This document shows positions 1 to 9,260 of a DNA stretch of 64,000 nucleotides, in pieces; within the stretch, counting starts at the first letter, position 1; each line of letters starts with the position of its first letter. The notes beneath the pieces are model-generated. The model worked only from the letters and a program-made list of their open reading frames with translations, did not search any database and was not told where the DNA came from. Location: the IMG/VR virus record IMGVR_UViG_3300010049_000010, positions 64,749 to 128,748 of that record; one strand, written 5' to 3'. The stretch comes from a virus. Lineage: Duplodnaviria > Heunggongvirae > Uroviricota > Caudoviricetes. Both the position numbers and the translations under genes were made by a program.

Positions 1-109
1 GAATACACTCTTGAGCGATTTGCATTATTCATTGCTCTTGTCGTATATGCAAGTAAATTGAAAGCATTCCCATCTTGACCAGCAAGAGTATAAGCTTTTG
101 TAATTCTCA

Positions 110-490
110 TTAAGTCCTCACAATTAAATTTGATTTTTTCAAATTAAAATTATTTTTATCTTCTTTCCAAACTCTTTGATTTGAAGCTAAAATTGCTTTG
201 TTATAAGTTTCATATAAATAACGATACGGTGAAGTTGTATCAGTTTTCTGACCTTTATAAGTTGCGTTTTCTGCTAATCGGAGTTGTGGCTTAGTTGTAT
301 AACCTGTTTTCTTATTATGATAGGGCGCTTGGAATTTTAAGAATTGGGGAAGTCCACGCGTAACCATATCATCAATATTACCTTGAATAGTAAATGAATG
401 TTGTGGATATTTTCCAGGTGTAAATAATGCTTCATTATCATTAAGTTTTATAAATGAATTTTGCATATTATTTCCTCTGTAAAAGTGCAA
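110..490 (-). CDS. hypothetical protein (126 aa)
   Basis: Long ORF co-directional with its neighbours; I recognise no motifs. Confidence 0.4.
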   Translation of the reverse strand: MHFYRGNNMQNSFIKLNDNEALFTPGKYPQHSFTIQGNIDDMVTRGLPQFLKFQAPYHNKKTGYTTKPQLRLAENATYKGQKTDTTSPYRYLYETYNKAILASNQRVWKEDKNNFNLKKSNLIVRT

Positions 491-716
491 TTATTACTGC
501 CGCGATTCCTATTACAAGGAAGAACGCAAAAATTAATCCAATAAAACCTAGAACCAACGCAGCGCCAATCCAAAGCGGTGAAGTTACCCACCACCATGAC
601 CAAGAAATTGCGCCAGTGAGTTTTAATATGAGAAATATACAGAATAGGATAAAACAAGGTGAGCCGATGTTTATCGCATATTCCTTTTTAACTGTAATCT
701 TCGGTGTTTTATTCAT
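468..716 (-). CDS. small membrane protein with two predicted TM helices (holin-like)
   Basis: 82 aa with two long hydrophobic stretches (FILFCIFLILKL... and GAALVLGFIGLIFAFFLVIGIAAVIIALL) and a WSWWW motif. The holin call rests on topology only. Confidence 0.35.
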   Translation of the reverse strand: MNKTPKITVKKEYAINIGSPCFILFCIFLILKLTGAISWSWWWVTSPLWIGAALVLGFIGLIFAFFLVIGIAAVIIALLQRK

Positions 717-751
717 AATAATATATAAGAATAAATTAACTAACGTTCAAA

Positions 752-2119
752 TTAAGATTGATCACCTATACAATTCATTACTTTGCGTTTTCCGTGTTTA
801 GAAACGGCGTCTTTTAAATCTTTCTCGCTCATTCCGTATTTACTGAGAAGTTTTAATGCTCTATTCATGAACCAATTGATATCAACTAATTTTTGTCCAT
901 ATTCATCAGCAAGTTTATTGTATTTTGGGAAATCTTCTTCAATCCACCAAAGTAATACGTTTGCGGCGTCTGTTCCTTTTAGATGAGGTTTCCAAAATTT
1001 ATCATCTTGGAAGGCTGCTTCAAATTTATCTATAAATGATTTAGAATCTTTAACTTCTTGTTTAATACCTTTCTCATCTTTACCAGCAGTTTGTTCTACA
1101 GTTTCTGTGGCATAATCTTTTAAGTAACTAGCTACTTTGTCATTGCCAAAATATTGCATCGCTGTCATTAATTCTTTTCCGGCGATGTTATATTTTTCCA
1201 TTATTTCCTGGGCATTTTGTAATAATGCCGCAACACTATTTCGCGCTATGCCAAATTTTTGCGCCATTTGTGGAAATGCTGCTGCTGAATTATTTATCGT
1301 TTCGTGAAATACATCAGCAACAGTAACATTTTTAGTTCCTTTTTTAAGTGCAGGATCTTTTGTGAATTGTTTCCATTTAGATAAAAACTTTTCAGCATTT
1401 ATTTTATCATCGACGTCATCAAAAGTGGAGTCATGATATCCTCCTCCGCCAGATGAAGTATCATCACCATCTGGATTCCAAGATAATTCTTTATCTCTTT
1501 CAGCCCAAGATGGATCATAATTATTGACTTTTACTTCTTTATTTTCTATTGCTCCGCCTGACAATTCTCTGCCGGTCATTCCACCAGCCATTTTTGTCAC
1601 ATTAGAATTTCTAGCTGCGTTAAATAATTTACTAGCATATAATTTAGCAAATGCGCCATATAAATTACCTTTATTTTGTTCTATTTTAAATGCATCAATA
1701 ACAGAAACAGTATCAGCTCTCGTTTTACCTTCTAATTCAGCTTCCCAAGAAGTGTTATAACCTTCGTTGAACTCATCAAATCCTTCAACCAACACGAACC
1801 AAGCTATTTCTAACCAATCATCCCAAGCATTTTCATTATTTATTCGATAACTTTTTATTTGACTATTTGAACCCATGAAGTTTTTATCAAATACATTGTA
1901 AATAGTCCCACCCATTTGAACGAATAAAAATTCTAAAGCTGTTTTATCTTTTTTCTTTGCTGCTTTTATTACATCTTCAGCAGATCTATTAGCCCATTTT
2001 TTTAAAGAATATTGGTCCACTACACTAGCCACATCAAAGTTTACGCGGCCTTCTTTTAATCTATTTTTTCTTAATTTATCTCTAATCTGGAGGATCATTG
2101 ACTTCATTATTTCATTCAT
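752..2119 (-). CDS. hypothetical protein (455 aa)
   Basis: Long ORF with a central Gly/Ser/Asp-rich loop; the A/T box taaactaactatt abuts its ATG on the minus strand. Function unrecognised. Confidence 0.5.
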   Translation of the reverse strand: MNEIMKSMILQIRDKLRKNRLKEGRVNFDVASVVDQYSLKKWANRSAEDVIKAAKKKDKTALEFLFVQMGGTIYNVFDKNFMGSNSQIKSYRINNENAWDDWLEIAWFVLVEGFDEFNEGYNTSWEAELEGKTRADTVSVIDAFKIEQNKGNLYGAFAKLYASKLFNAARNSNVTKMAGGMTGRELSGGAIENKEVKVNNYDPSWAERDKELSWNPDGDDTSSGGGGYHDSTFDDVDDKINAEKFLSKWKQFTKDPALKKGTKNVTVADVFHETINNSAAAFPQMAQKFGIARNSVAALLQNAQEIMEKYNIAGKELMTAMQYFGNDKVASYLKDYATETVEQTAGKDEKGIKQEVKDSKSFIDKFEAAFQDDKFWKPHLKGTDAANVLLWWIEEDFPKYNKLADEYGQKLVDINWFMNRALKLLSKYGMSEKDLKDAVSKHGKRKVMNCIGDQS

Positions 2120-2135
2120 AATAGTTAGTTTACAA

Positions 2136-2147
2136 TAACTAATTATT
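2136..2147 (+). promoter_or_regulatory. conserved A/T box TAACTAATTATT directly abutting the ATG
   Basis: The same box abuts start codons at 25882, 39494, 47831, 28838(-), 47334(-) and 2119(-). These genes lack a Shine-Dalgarno site. Confidence 0.45.
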
Positions 2148-2687
2148 ATGAATAGTTTCTATAATGACTTAATCAATAACAATACTTTAGCGCCTCTTCA
2201 AGAGGAACAGCTAAAAGAATATTACAATCCAACAAGTTTAGGTGAGCATGACATAAAGATATTACAATCTATATCACATTCATCAATTCGTGCTATTGAA
2301 ACGACAATCGGAGCCTTAACTCACTTAGCTTCTAATCTTAAGATTTACAAAGATTGTATGATCGCTTCAATTAACTTACAAGCTGAAAGCGCGGACATTG
2401 CGACAAAATACACAAAAGAAATACCACAACAAAGCAACATATTACCCGGCATCGTTTCAGCCCCACAATCATTTGATTTATCTGCAATTAGAACTGATAA
2501 TGAAAGGATGATGAAAATTAAGAAAGATAAGGATAAGATCCAACAGCAAAAAGACACTTATTTAAGAGTGGCTAAAGAAGACGTTAGATTATTTTTATCA
2601 GCTTGGAAAAAATTAAATATTAGCAATGCTGCCTTTGACGAGTTCATTGATAGCTTAAATAAACAGATAACAGATGGGGGTTATTAA
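2148..2687 (+). CDS. hypothetical protein (179 aa)
   Basis: ORF preceded directly by the conserved box taactaattatt-ATG. Confidence 0.5.
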   Translation: MNSFYNDLINNNTLAPLQEEQLKEYYNPTSLGEHDIKILQSISHSSIRAIETTIGALTHLASNLKIYKDCMIASINLQAESADIATKYTKEIPQQSNILPGIVSAPQSFDLSAIRTDNERMMKIKKDKDKIQQQKDTYLRVAKEDVRLFLSAWKKLNISNAAFDEFIDSLNKQITDGGY

Positions 2688-3433
2688 TGAGAACGTTTAA
2701 ACAAATATTAAGAGAAGCAGTAGATTATAAAGATGCAGAAGGTTTTGATATAGATAAACCTTACGTTATTGATAATGAGGGAAATAGGGGAAATATAACT
2801 TTTGATGCGAATGATTATTTTGAGGCTGATGAAGATTCTCAATTCTATGAAGATGATGATGTTATGTTTGGAAATCAAAAAACTGAAAAGTTTAGAATGG
2901 AACACGATGATTTAGATTCAGATTACTGGATGCAGTGCGGTCTTTGGGAACAATTACCTGAAAGTGATGAAGCTGTTTTTGAAGCATTTATTGACGGTGA
3001 AATTGATCAAGAAGAAGCTACTAAAATTCTTGTATTTTCATATCACTGGGAATTAGAAGATGCTGAAAGAGAATTAAATGGTGGCGGTGACGCTCTTGGT
3101 GACAATTATATAAATCATATTAAAGGAAATAGATCACAACAAGCTACTTGGAAAGCTGCGGGCTTAGATGATGATTCTATTGGAGATGGTTCTCAATTTG
3201 ATGATGATATTTATGAAGATGAAGATGACGACTATGATGATGGAACACAATTTGATCCAAACCCAAGAAGTCCAGCAAAATATGATTTGATGGACGACGC
3301 GATGGACATTGACGATATGGAAGATGACTTTTATGATGACGAAGAAGATTATGATATAGGTTCACTTGACAGTGGAGATGGTTGGGATGAATATGACGAT
3401 GACGATGACGATGATGAAGACTGGGACGACTAA
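2687..3433 (+). CDS. highly acidic protein, MRTFKQILRE family (putative packaged internal protein)
   Basis: Its N-terminus MRTFKQILREA is shared with the ORFs at 43845, 44717 and 12967. The C-terminal half is extremely D/E-rich (…DDDDDDEDWDD). Confidence 0.55.
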   Translation: MRTFKQILREAVDYKDAEGFDIDKPYVIDNEGNRGNITFDANDYFEADEDSQFYEDDDVMFGNQKTEKFRMEHDDLDSDYWMQCGLWEQLPESDEAVFEAFIDGEIDQEEATKILVFSYHWELEDAERELNGGGDALGDNYINHIKGNRSQQATWKAAGLDDDSIGDGSQFDDDIYEDEDDDYDDGTQFDPNPRSPAKYDLMDDAMDIDDMEDDFYDDEEDYDIGSLDSGDGWDEYDDDDDDDEDWDD

Positions 3434-4275
3434 TGGCGATATTTAAGTGTGAGGGTTGTAAAAAATCTGAATCCTTTTGTGAAAATGTATGTTCAGAATT
3501 AGATGGTTGGACTTGTGATATTTGTGAAGATGATTTTCAAGCTCATGAAAATGACGTTCCATCTATAGGCGATAAAGTTTTTTGCAGTGAAGAATGCTAT
3601 GAAAAAGGCGTATATAAATATAAATTAGGAGAAAATATGAATAAAGAATCAATGTTCAATGAAATATATAAAGATTCTCTAAGAGAGGGATTTTTTAAAG
3701 ACGCGGCTGCGAGTATTGCGCAAGAACTTCCATTTGATAAGCCTAAACAATGGGCGAAAAAACATTGGAAATCTGCTTATCCAGAAGAATATGCAAAATT
3801 TGAAGCTGATAAAAAAGAAAAAGATAGATTAGAAAGAGAAGCAAAAGAAGCTGAATATGCTGCGCTAGAATTGAAAAGACGTGATGAATATGAAACAAAA
3901 TATCCAGGTAAAAAAGAAGAAAGACTTAGAGATGAAAAAATCAAAGAATTTTTAAAAAGTGGAACTTGGGATGGTTACTTAGGATATAATAAGCCTAATG
4001 ATTGGAAAGCTTATTTAGATGATCATTGGAAAGATCTTAAAGATGAATTTAATCTATCAAGTGAAAAAGCTGTTAAATCAGCATTTGTACGTTTTATGAA
4101 AGAAACTGGTCAAATTTCATCACAAATACATGCAACAGCTTGGAAAGCAATTGCGAATAAAGAACCTTTATATAAAGGCAAGAAACGAGTTAAAATAAAT
4201 GATTATTTAACAGGTGAAGAGCCAACAACATTATCAGAATCATTTGCATCAATTTACAGGAGAAGCAATGGATAA
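3433..4275 (+). CDS. Cys-rich (zinc-binding-like) N-terminus, K/E-rich protein
   Basis: N-terminal cluster CEGCKKSESFCENVCSELDGWTCDICEDD…CSEECYEKG; the start overlaps the upstream stop (ATGA-type coupling). Confidence 0.5.
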   Translation: MAIFKCEGCKKSESFCENVCSELDGWTCDICEDDFQAHENDVPSIGDKVFCSEECYEKGVYKYKLGENMNKESMFNEIYKDSLREGFFKDAAASIAQELPFDKPKQWAKKHWKSAYPEEYAKFEADKKEKDRLEREAKEAEYAALELKRRDEYETKYPGKKEERLRDEKIKEFLKSGTWDGYLGYNKPNDWKAYLDDHWKDLKDEFNLSSEKAVKSAFVRFMKETGQISSQIHATAWKAIANKEPLYKGKKRVKINDYLTGEEPTTLSESFASIYRRSNG

Positions 4276-4894
4276 ACAATTTTTAATTCATAGACAAACT
4301 ATTGGTATATTGGGAATTATATTGCCATTCGCATGTTTATTTTTTGGTATGTTAGATCCGGCAGCAACAGGCGGGTGGTTTCACAGTATGTCAGCTACAT
4401 ATTTTACTAATGCGAGAGATATTTTCGTAGCAGTATTAATGATGGCAGGCGCTTTTATAATTACTTATTCAGGTTATGACTGGAAAGACAGACTTGTAAA
4501 TATATCTGCTGGTATTATGGCATTTGGAATCGCATTATTTCCAACAGCACCAAGCGGGTTAGAAATTGCTAAGATTGGATTGTTTTCCGTTCCTGTTGGT
4601 ATATCTGCTGTATTGCATACTATTTGTGCCGTATTATTTTTTGGATTACTCGCGTTAAACATACTTTGGTTATTTACTAAAGGCGAATCGGGAACTCCTA
4701 AAAAGAAACTTAGAAACTTAATTTATATGATATGTGGTTGGGGGATTGTGGGATCATTCGCACTAACTGCTATTGGACTTATATTTAACTTCCACGATAT
4801 GTGGATTTGGATTATGGAAGCAGTAATGCTTATTTTATTTGGTGGAGCGTGGTTAACAAAAGGAAAAGCTATTAAGATATTGAATGATATCTAA
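4268..4894 (+). CDS. polytopic integral membrane protein
   Basis: About six hydrophobic helices. The start was moved to the ATG for MDKQFLIH, because the track start at 4214 overlaps the previous gene. Confidence 0.5.
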   Translation: MDKQFLIHRQTIGILGIILPFACLFFGMLDPAATGGWFHSMSATYFTNARDIFVAVLMMAGAFIITYSGYDWKDRLVNISAGIMAFGIALFPTAPSGLEIAKIGLFSVPVGISAVLHTICAVLFFGLLALNILWLFTKGESGTPKKKLRNLIYMICGWGIVGSFALTAIGLIFNFHDMWIWIMEAVMLILFGGAWLTKGKAIKILNDI

Positions 4895-4925
4895 CTATCT
4901 ATTATTAAAGGAGCGTTGAGGCATA

Positions 4926-5969
4926 ATGAAAATTCGAGAACTTTTTAAGAACAAAAAAACAGCTCTAATATCAGTCGTGGGGATTGTATTAGTAATATTG
5001 TTTTGTATATGTTTAACTATAATGTATAACATAATGACTATTGAGAAGGATTCTAATTTTGCTGTGCACCAGATATTACAAAATAAATGGTCATACACCG
5101 AATCCTTTATGAGAAAACTGTTGATTGAAAATGCAGAATTAGCGGAGAATTTAGCTGACCAAATTATTTTAGATGCAAGAAGATTCTCAGATGAACAATT
5201 AACACATTATCTTAATACGATAAACTTAGCTGATGAAAATGCATTTAGACCTCTAATTGAAGACGTAATAAAAGGAGTATATTTTAGAGATATACCAGCA
5301 GATTGGAATGATCCTTTCGTAATGATAATCGGAAAAAACAGAGAAGAAGATTCTTTTATTCTAACGGATTTTTCTGAAAATTGTTCAATTGAAGATTATG
5401 CTTCTGAAGGTGAAATCGTAAGATATATGGAAGACGAATACAGATTACATGCAGACCCTGTTTTAGCAAGACATGCATTTAATAATATAATGGATTTTAA
5501 ATCTGGAGAAATTTGGGAAGGCGTAAATTTCTTCCAATTTTTGGACTGGTTACCCAGTGCAGCGAGATTTGAATCCTATGACTACAGAGGATTAAGAAAA
5601 GCGTTCTTTGATAATGATGGTGATTTAAGAAAAACTTTTGGAGCCATTGAAATTTTGACTCCATATTATATTTATAGAGACAGAGATATTGTAGGGAATC
5701 CTAGAATCGTTAATAGACAAATATCAGATACAAGAATTATTGTTGTTGTAAGCGCATTTAATCCTTATGATATAATGGTACGAGATTATGATTTCAATGC
5801 AAGGACGCGACAATATTTACAATCAATCGAAAATATCAGACTCGAACATCAAAAATCAAAAACCTTCTTATTGAAACTTAATCTTCTTTTACTCGTCATT
5901 GATATACTTGGAATCGCCCTAATTTATGCAGTTTTAATCAATTTACGAAAGAAGAGCGGACAACAATAA
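4926..5969 (+). CDS. membrane-anchored protein (N- and C-terminal TM)
   Basis: AGGAG Shine-Dalgarno site 8 nt upstream; TM helices at both ends. Confidence 0.5.
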   Translation: MKIRELFKNKKTALISVVGIVLVILFCICLTIMYNIMTIEKDSNFAVHQILQNKWSYTESFMRKLLIENAELAENLADQIILDARRFSDEQLTHYLNTINLADENAFRPLIEDVIKGVYFRDIPADWNDPFVMIIGKNREEDSFILTDFSENCSIEDYASEGEIVRYMEDEYRLHADPVLARHAFNNIMDFKSGEIWEGVNFFQFLDWLPSAARFESYDYRGLRKAFFDNDGDLRKTFGAIEILTPYYIYRDRDIVGNPRIVNRQISDTRIIVVVSAFNPYDIMVRDYDFNARTRQYLQSIENIRLEHQKSKTFLLKLNLLLLVIDILGIALIYAVLINLRKKSGQQ

Positions 5970-5983
5970 GGAGTGTGATTTAA

Positions 5984-6955
5984 ATGGAACAAGAAGCAAC
6001 GGAGTTACTCAATTTAATAGTAGAAACTAGTACCACTGGTGACATTTCTCAAACTATTATAGTGATTGCACTTGAATTATTATTCTTTCTCGCCGCATCT
6101 TCAATAGGTTTAATATTTAGAAACATGTTGGGAGATAAAAAGTTTAGACCTTGGAAAGATATTGGATTTGTAGTAATCACTACTATTATATTATTCACTA
6201 TCGGAAATTGGGTTAAAACATTAATACCAGACTCAAGATTATTCTTCTTAGTAAGCGCAGTTATTGCAGCATATCTTCCAAAAATATTTATGGCTCCAAA
6301 AAAGGGAAGTATATTCGCTAAAATCGTAGCAGTATTTAATCCTCGATGGGCAGAAGTTATAGAAGAAATACATAAGAAAGACGAGATAAATTACGATTGG
6401 GAAAAACAAGGTGATAGAAGGGGTGCAACATCAGGTACTATAAATAATAGGCGTGCTGAAGACAAAAAAATCACTTTTGATAAAGAAGATTTCATATTAA
6501 AAGAACCTCTCGAAATAGCAAGATATCTTGAACCAACTAATCTCTTTGGAAAAATAGAAGGTGATTGTGTAATATTAAAAGATAATATAGCAACTTTTAA
6601 TTTTTATGGTGCGGAACAAATGGATAATAATGTGTTCAGAATCGCAATACCTGATGAATTAAAAACTTATAAAAATGTAAGAATCTCTTTACGATTAACA
6701 GAAAAGAGAATGATTGAAGCTGGAAAGAAAGTTAAGATACAATTCAAAGCTGGACCTGATAAAGACTTATTACCTTATGATAAGTTTGAATTGCATTTTG
6801 ATGAAGTCAATGATTCTAACAGCCAAGAAATACAGATGAGTAAATTACCTCATGGTGCAGTATACTTTTGTCATAATCGTTATGGACACGGTTCTGGAAA
6901 GCCTGTAGAATATTCTCTTGAAGTTACAATGATACATTTCTTTGACAAAGAATAA
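5984..6955 (+). CDS. membrane protein with a soluble C-terminal domain
   Basis: AAGGAG Shine-Dalgarno site; three N-terminal TM helices. Confidence 0.5.
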   Translation: MEQEATELLNLIVETSTTGDISQTIIVIALELLFFLAASSIGLIFRNMLGDKKFRPWKDIGFVVITTIILFTIGNWVKTLIPDSRLFFLVSAVIAAYLPKIFMAPKKGSIFAKIVAVFNPRWAEVIEEIHKKDEINYDWEKQGDRRGATSGTINNRRAEDKKITFDKEDFILKEPLEIARYLEPTNLFGKIEGDCVILKDNIATFNFYGAEQMDNNVFRIAIPDELKTYKNVRISLRLTEKRMIEAGKKVKIQFKAGPDKDLLPYDKFELHFDEVNDSNSQEIQMSKLPHGAVYFCHNRYGHGSGKPVEYSLEVTMIHFFDKE

Positions 6956-6987
6956 TTCATTAATATGAGCTCTTAAAACTAAATAAT

Positions 6988-9249
6988 ATGGCAAAAGAGA
7001 AATTAAACGAGTCAACATACCAAAGTGGACAAAGACCAAAATCAGAAATATTCAAATCAAGTTTTAATAAAAGATTATCCTCATTGTGGGGCTGGCAAGG
7101 CGTACAGAAAAAAGACGCTCAATCAGAGTTTGAAAAAGTAAATGGACTTAGACTTGTAAAAGTAGATGTTCAAAATGATTCATATAGAGTTAAGCACGCA
7201 GCATTAGGTTCGATATTTAAGTCTGCGCCGTTAGCTACATCGTTAAATAAGTATTTCAACGCTTATGTAAATGAAACGACGCTCGTGTATTCTGACATTG
7301 CAGAAAGACAACAAAGATTAAATGAATTAAGATTTGCTGTTTTAAATGATCCATTTTTATCTCGAGTTTGCCAACTTGTATCAGATGAAGCTACACAATT
7401 AGATGACCAAAATAGATTATTATCAGTAGAGTCACCATCAATACCATTCGTAAATAAATGTTATGAATTATTTTCTCAATGGGGTTTAACGCAACAAAGA
7501 ATTAGCTCAGTTTGTTATGACCTCGAACAATATGGTGAAGCACTTTGGTCACATAGAGTAACGGAGAAAGGCGTAGAAAGCATACAGCCTCTTAAAGTTC
7601 CAGCATTAAAAGAAAGATTAGAATTTAGTGCGGCCCGCATGGCTGAAGTTGTATCTCAAATGACAGGCGAACAAGAAACTATGAAGAATCGTTCTACTAA
7701 AATTGGACGATTAGTAGACCTAATTACAACTCGATCAGGCAGAGATCAACTTTCAGATCTAGATGAAAATTTTGCTGATATGTTTAGCTCAAAATTATTA
7801 GGCTTTGAATTCGCCGATGGAATAATAGTACCACCTTGGTTAATTTCTCACTTCAGATATAGAGCTGATAACTCAGAATTTTTCCCTTATGGAACGCCAC
7901 CTCTTTTAATGGCGCTAGCTCCATTTAAGATGTGTTATTCAACAATGCAATTACAAGGATTAGCGAGAGCGAGTTCTTTCCCAGTTCAAATATATAAAGT
8001 AAAACAAACAGAAGGTGTTGGTGTTGCAACCGCATTTGAAACAGTAAACTCAGTTCGAGAAGATTATGAGAATATCGGAGTAAGCCCACTTTCTAATTCA
8101 CTTGAAGTTTATACTGTCAATACTAAAATTTGGGTGCCAGATGGTCTTCTAGAATTCGAAGTGCAAAAATCTGAAGTTGATATGGACTTTACTGGCGACT
8201 TAGAAATGTATCAGGACAGGGTAGCGACAGCTTGTGGTATTCCGAAAGGATATCTTGACCAAGAGTTTGGTGGTTTTGGACAAAGTGGTATCGCATTAAT
8301 GGAACAATACAAACCATTTGGACGACATGTCTATACTATCCAATCTAGTTTCTTGGAAACGCTCGGACAACTTATAAGATTACATTTCGCAATTACTGGC
8401 GAGTTTGACTACAATATCCCATTCGTATTATCAATGCGTTTCCCTGCTGAAGATATGGGTGATGAAAAACGAGAAGCAAGATCAGCTTCAGTTGAACTTG
8501 CTAACGGTATTATTGAGATGTTACAAGGCGTTCTCGGAATGGAAGAAGGTGAACCACTTCCAGAAGATGTAGTAGCAGATATTTTAAGCAAATACACATT
8601 CTTAGATCCAACAGATTTACAACGATGGATCCGATTATCAGCAATAGCTAAAGCTGCAGCTGCCGCTAACTCAGAAGGAGAGGACGCCGATGATGATGGC
8701 AGTGGAGGGGACGACTTCGGCGGAGATATGGGTGGAGGAGATATGGGCGGAGATGATATGGGTGGCGATGAAGGCGGTGGAGATGAGGGTGGTGGAGACA
8801 TGCTTGAATCTATGTCAAAAGAAGCCAGAACATATTATCTTAAAACGAGAAAATTACTCCAAGAAAAAGAAAATAAAAAATTAAAAGAAAAGAAATTAAG
8901 ACGATTAAAAGAAATAAGTGAAAGATATAATGAAAGTAAAAATGAGATATATTTTAATTTCTTAAAAGAAAATCACTTTACTGAATGGCAGAGACCGGGA
9001 AAAGGCCACGAAATGATGATACCTAAAGTATTACCAACTGGCGTATATAAACATATGTATGAGACTTTTAAAGTATTAACTGATGATGCGTCTAAAAACT
9101 TATTAAGCGGAGCAGGCAGATTACGAGAAAGAGAAATGAGCGTAACTGATATGTTAAATGCGTCTAAACAAGATAATATGACTTTAGATGTTATGTTAAG
9201 CCAGCCTCTTCAAGAAAAAATGACTTCTGAGCTCGATGAAAATCTATAA
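6988..9249 (+). CDS. large hypothetical protein (753 aa) with a GGDMGG low-complexity repeat and a basic coiled-coil C-terminus (possible virion protein)
   Basis: The aactaaataat-ATG box abuts the start. It carries the repeat GGDMGGGDMGGDDMGGDEGGGDEGGGDM and then a KKLKEKKLRRLKE stretch. Confidence 0.5.
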   Translation: MAKEKLNESTYQSGQRPKSEIFKSSFNKRLSSLWGWQGVQKKDAQSEFEKVNGLRLVKVDVQNDSYRVKHAALGSIFKSAPLATSLNKYFNAYVNETTLVYSDIAERQQRLNELRFAVLNDPFLSRVCQLVSDEATQLDDQNRLLSVESPSIPFVNKCYELFSQWGLTQQRISSVCYDLEQYGEALWSHRVTEKGVESIQPLKVPALKERLEFSAARMAEVVSQMTGEQETMKNRSTKIGRLVDLITTRSGRDQLSDLDENFADMFSSKLLGFEFADGIIVPPWLISHFRYRADNSEFFPYGTPPLLMALAPFKMCYSTMQLQGLARASSFPVQIYKVKQTEGVGVATAFETVNSVREDYENIGVSPLSNSLEVYTVNTKIWVPDGLLEFEVQKSEVDMDFTGDLEMYQDRVATACGIPKGYLDQEFGGFGQSGIALMEQYKPFGRHVYTIQSSFLETLGQLIRLHFAITGEFDYNIPFVLSMRFPAEDMGDEKREARSASVELANGIIEMLQGVLGMEEGEPLPEDVVADILSKYTFLDPTDLQRWIRLSAIAKAAAAANSEGEDADDDGSGGDDFGGDMGGGDMGGDDMGGDEGGGDEGGGDMLESMSKEARTYYLKTRKLLQEKENKKLKEKKLRRLKEISERYNESKNEIYFNFLKENHFTEWQRPGKGHEMMIPKVLPTGVYKHMYETFKVLTDDASKNLLSGAGRLREREMSVTDMLNASKQDNMTLDVMLSQPLQEKMTSELDENL

Positions 9250-9260
9250 CTAAATATCTA

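Noticed and set aside
454-986. Plus-strand ORFs 454..801 and 783..986, and similar short opposite-strand ORFs throughout the window (for example 1524..1760, 2345..2557, 2708..2905, 9567..9826, 10403..10851, 29306..29764, 36515..36775, 59980..60204, 63113..63919)
   Set aside because: They overlap longer, motif-bearing genes on the other strand, lack ribosome-binding signals, and have AT-rich codon-shadow composition.
8409-8801. 130-aa minus-strand ORF with an SPPPSSPP repeat
   Set aside because: It is the mirror image of the GGDMGG-repeat region of the plus-strand gene 6988..9249, so it is an antisense artifact.
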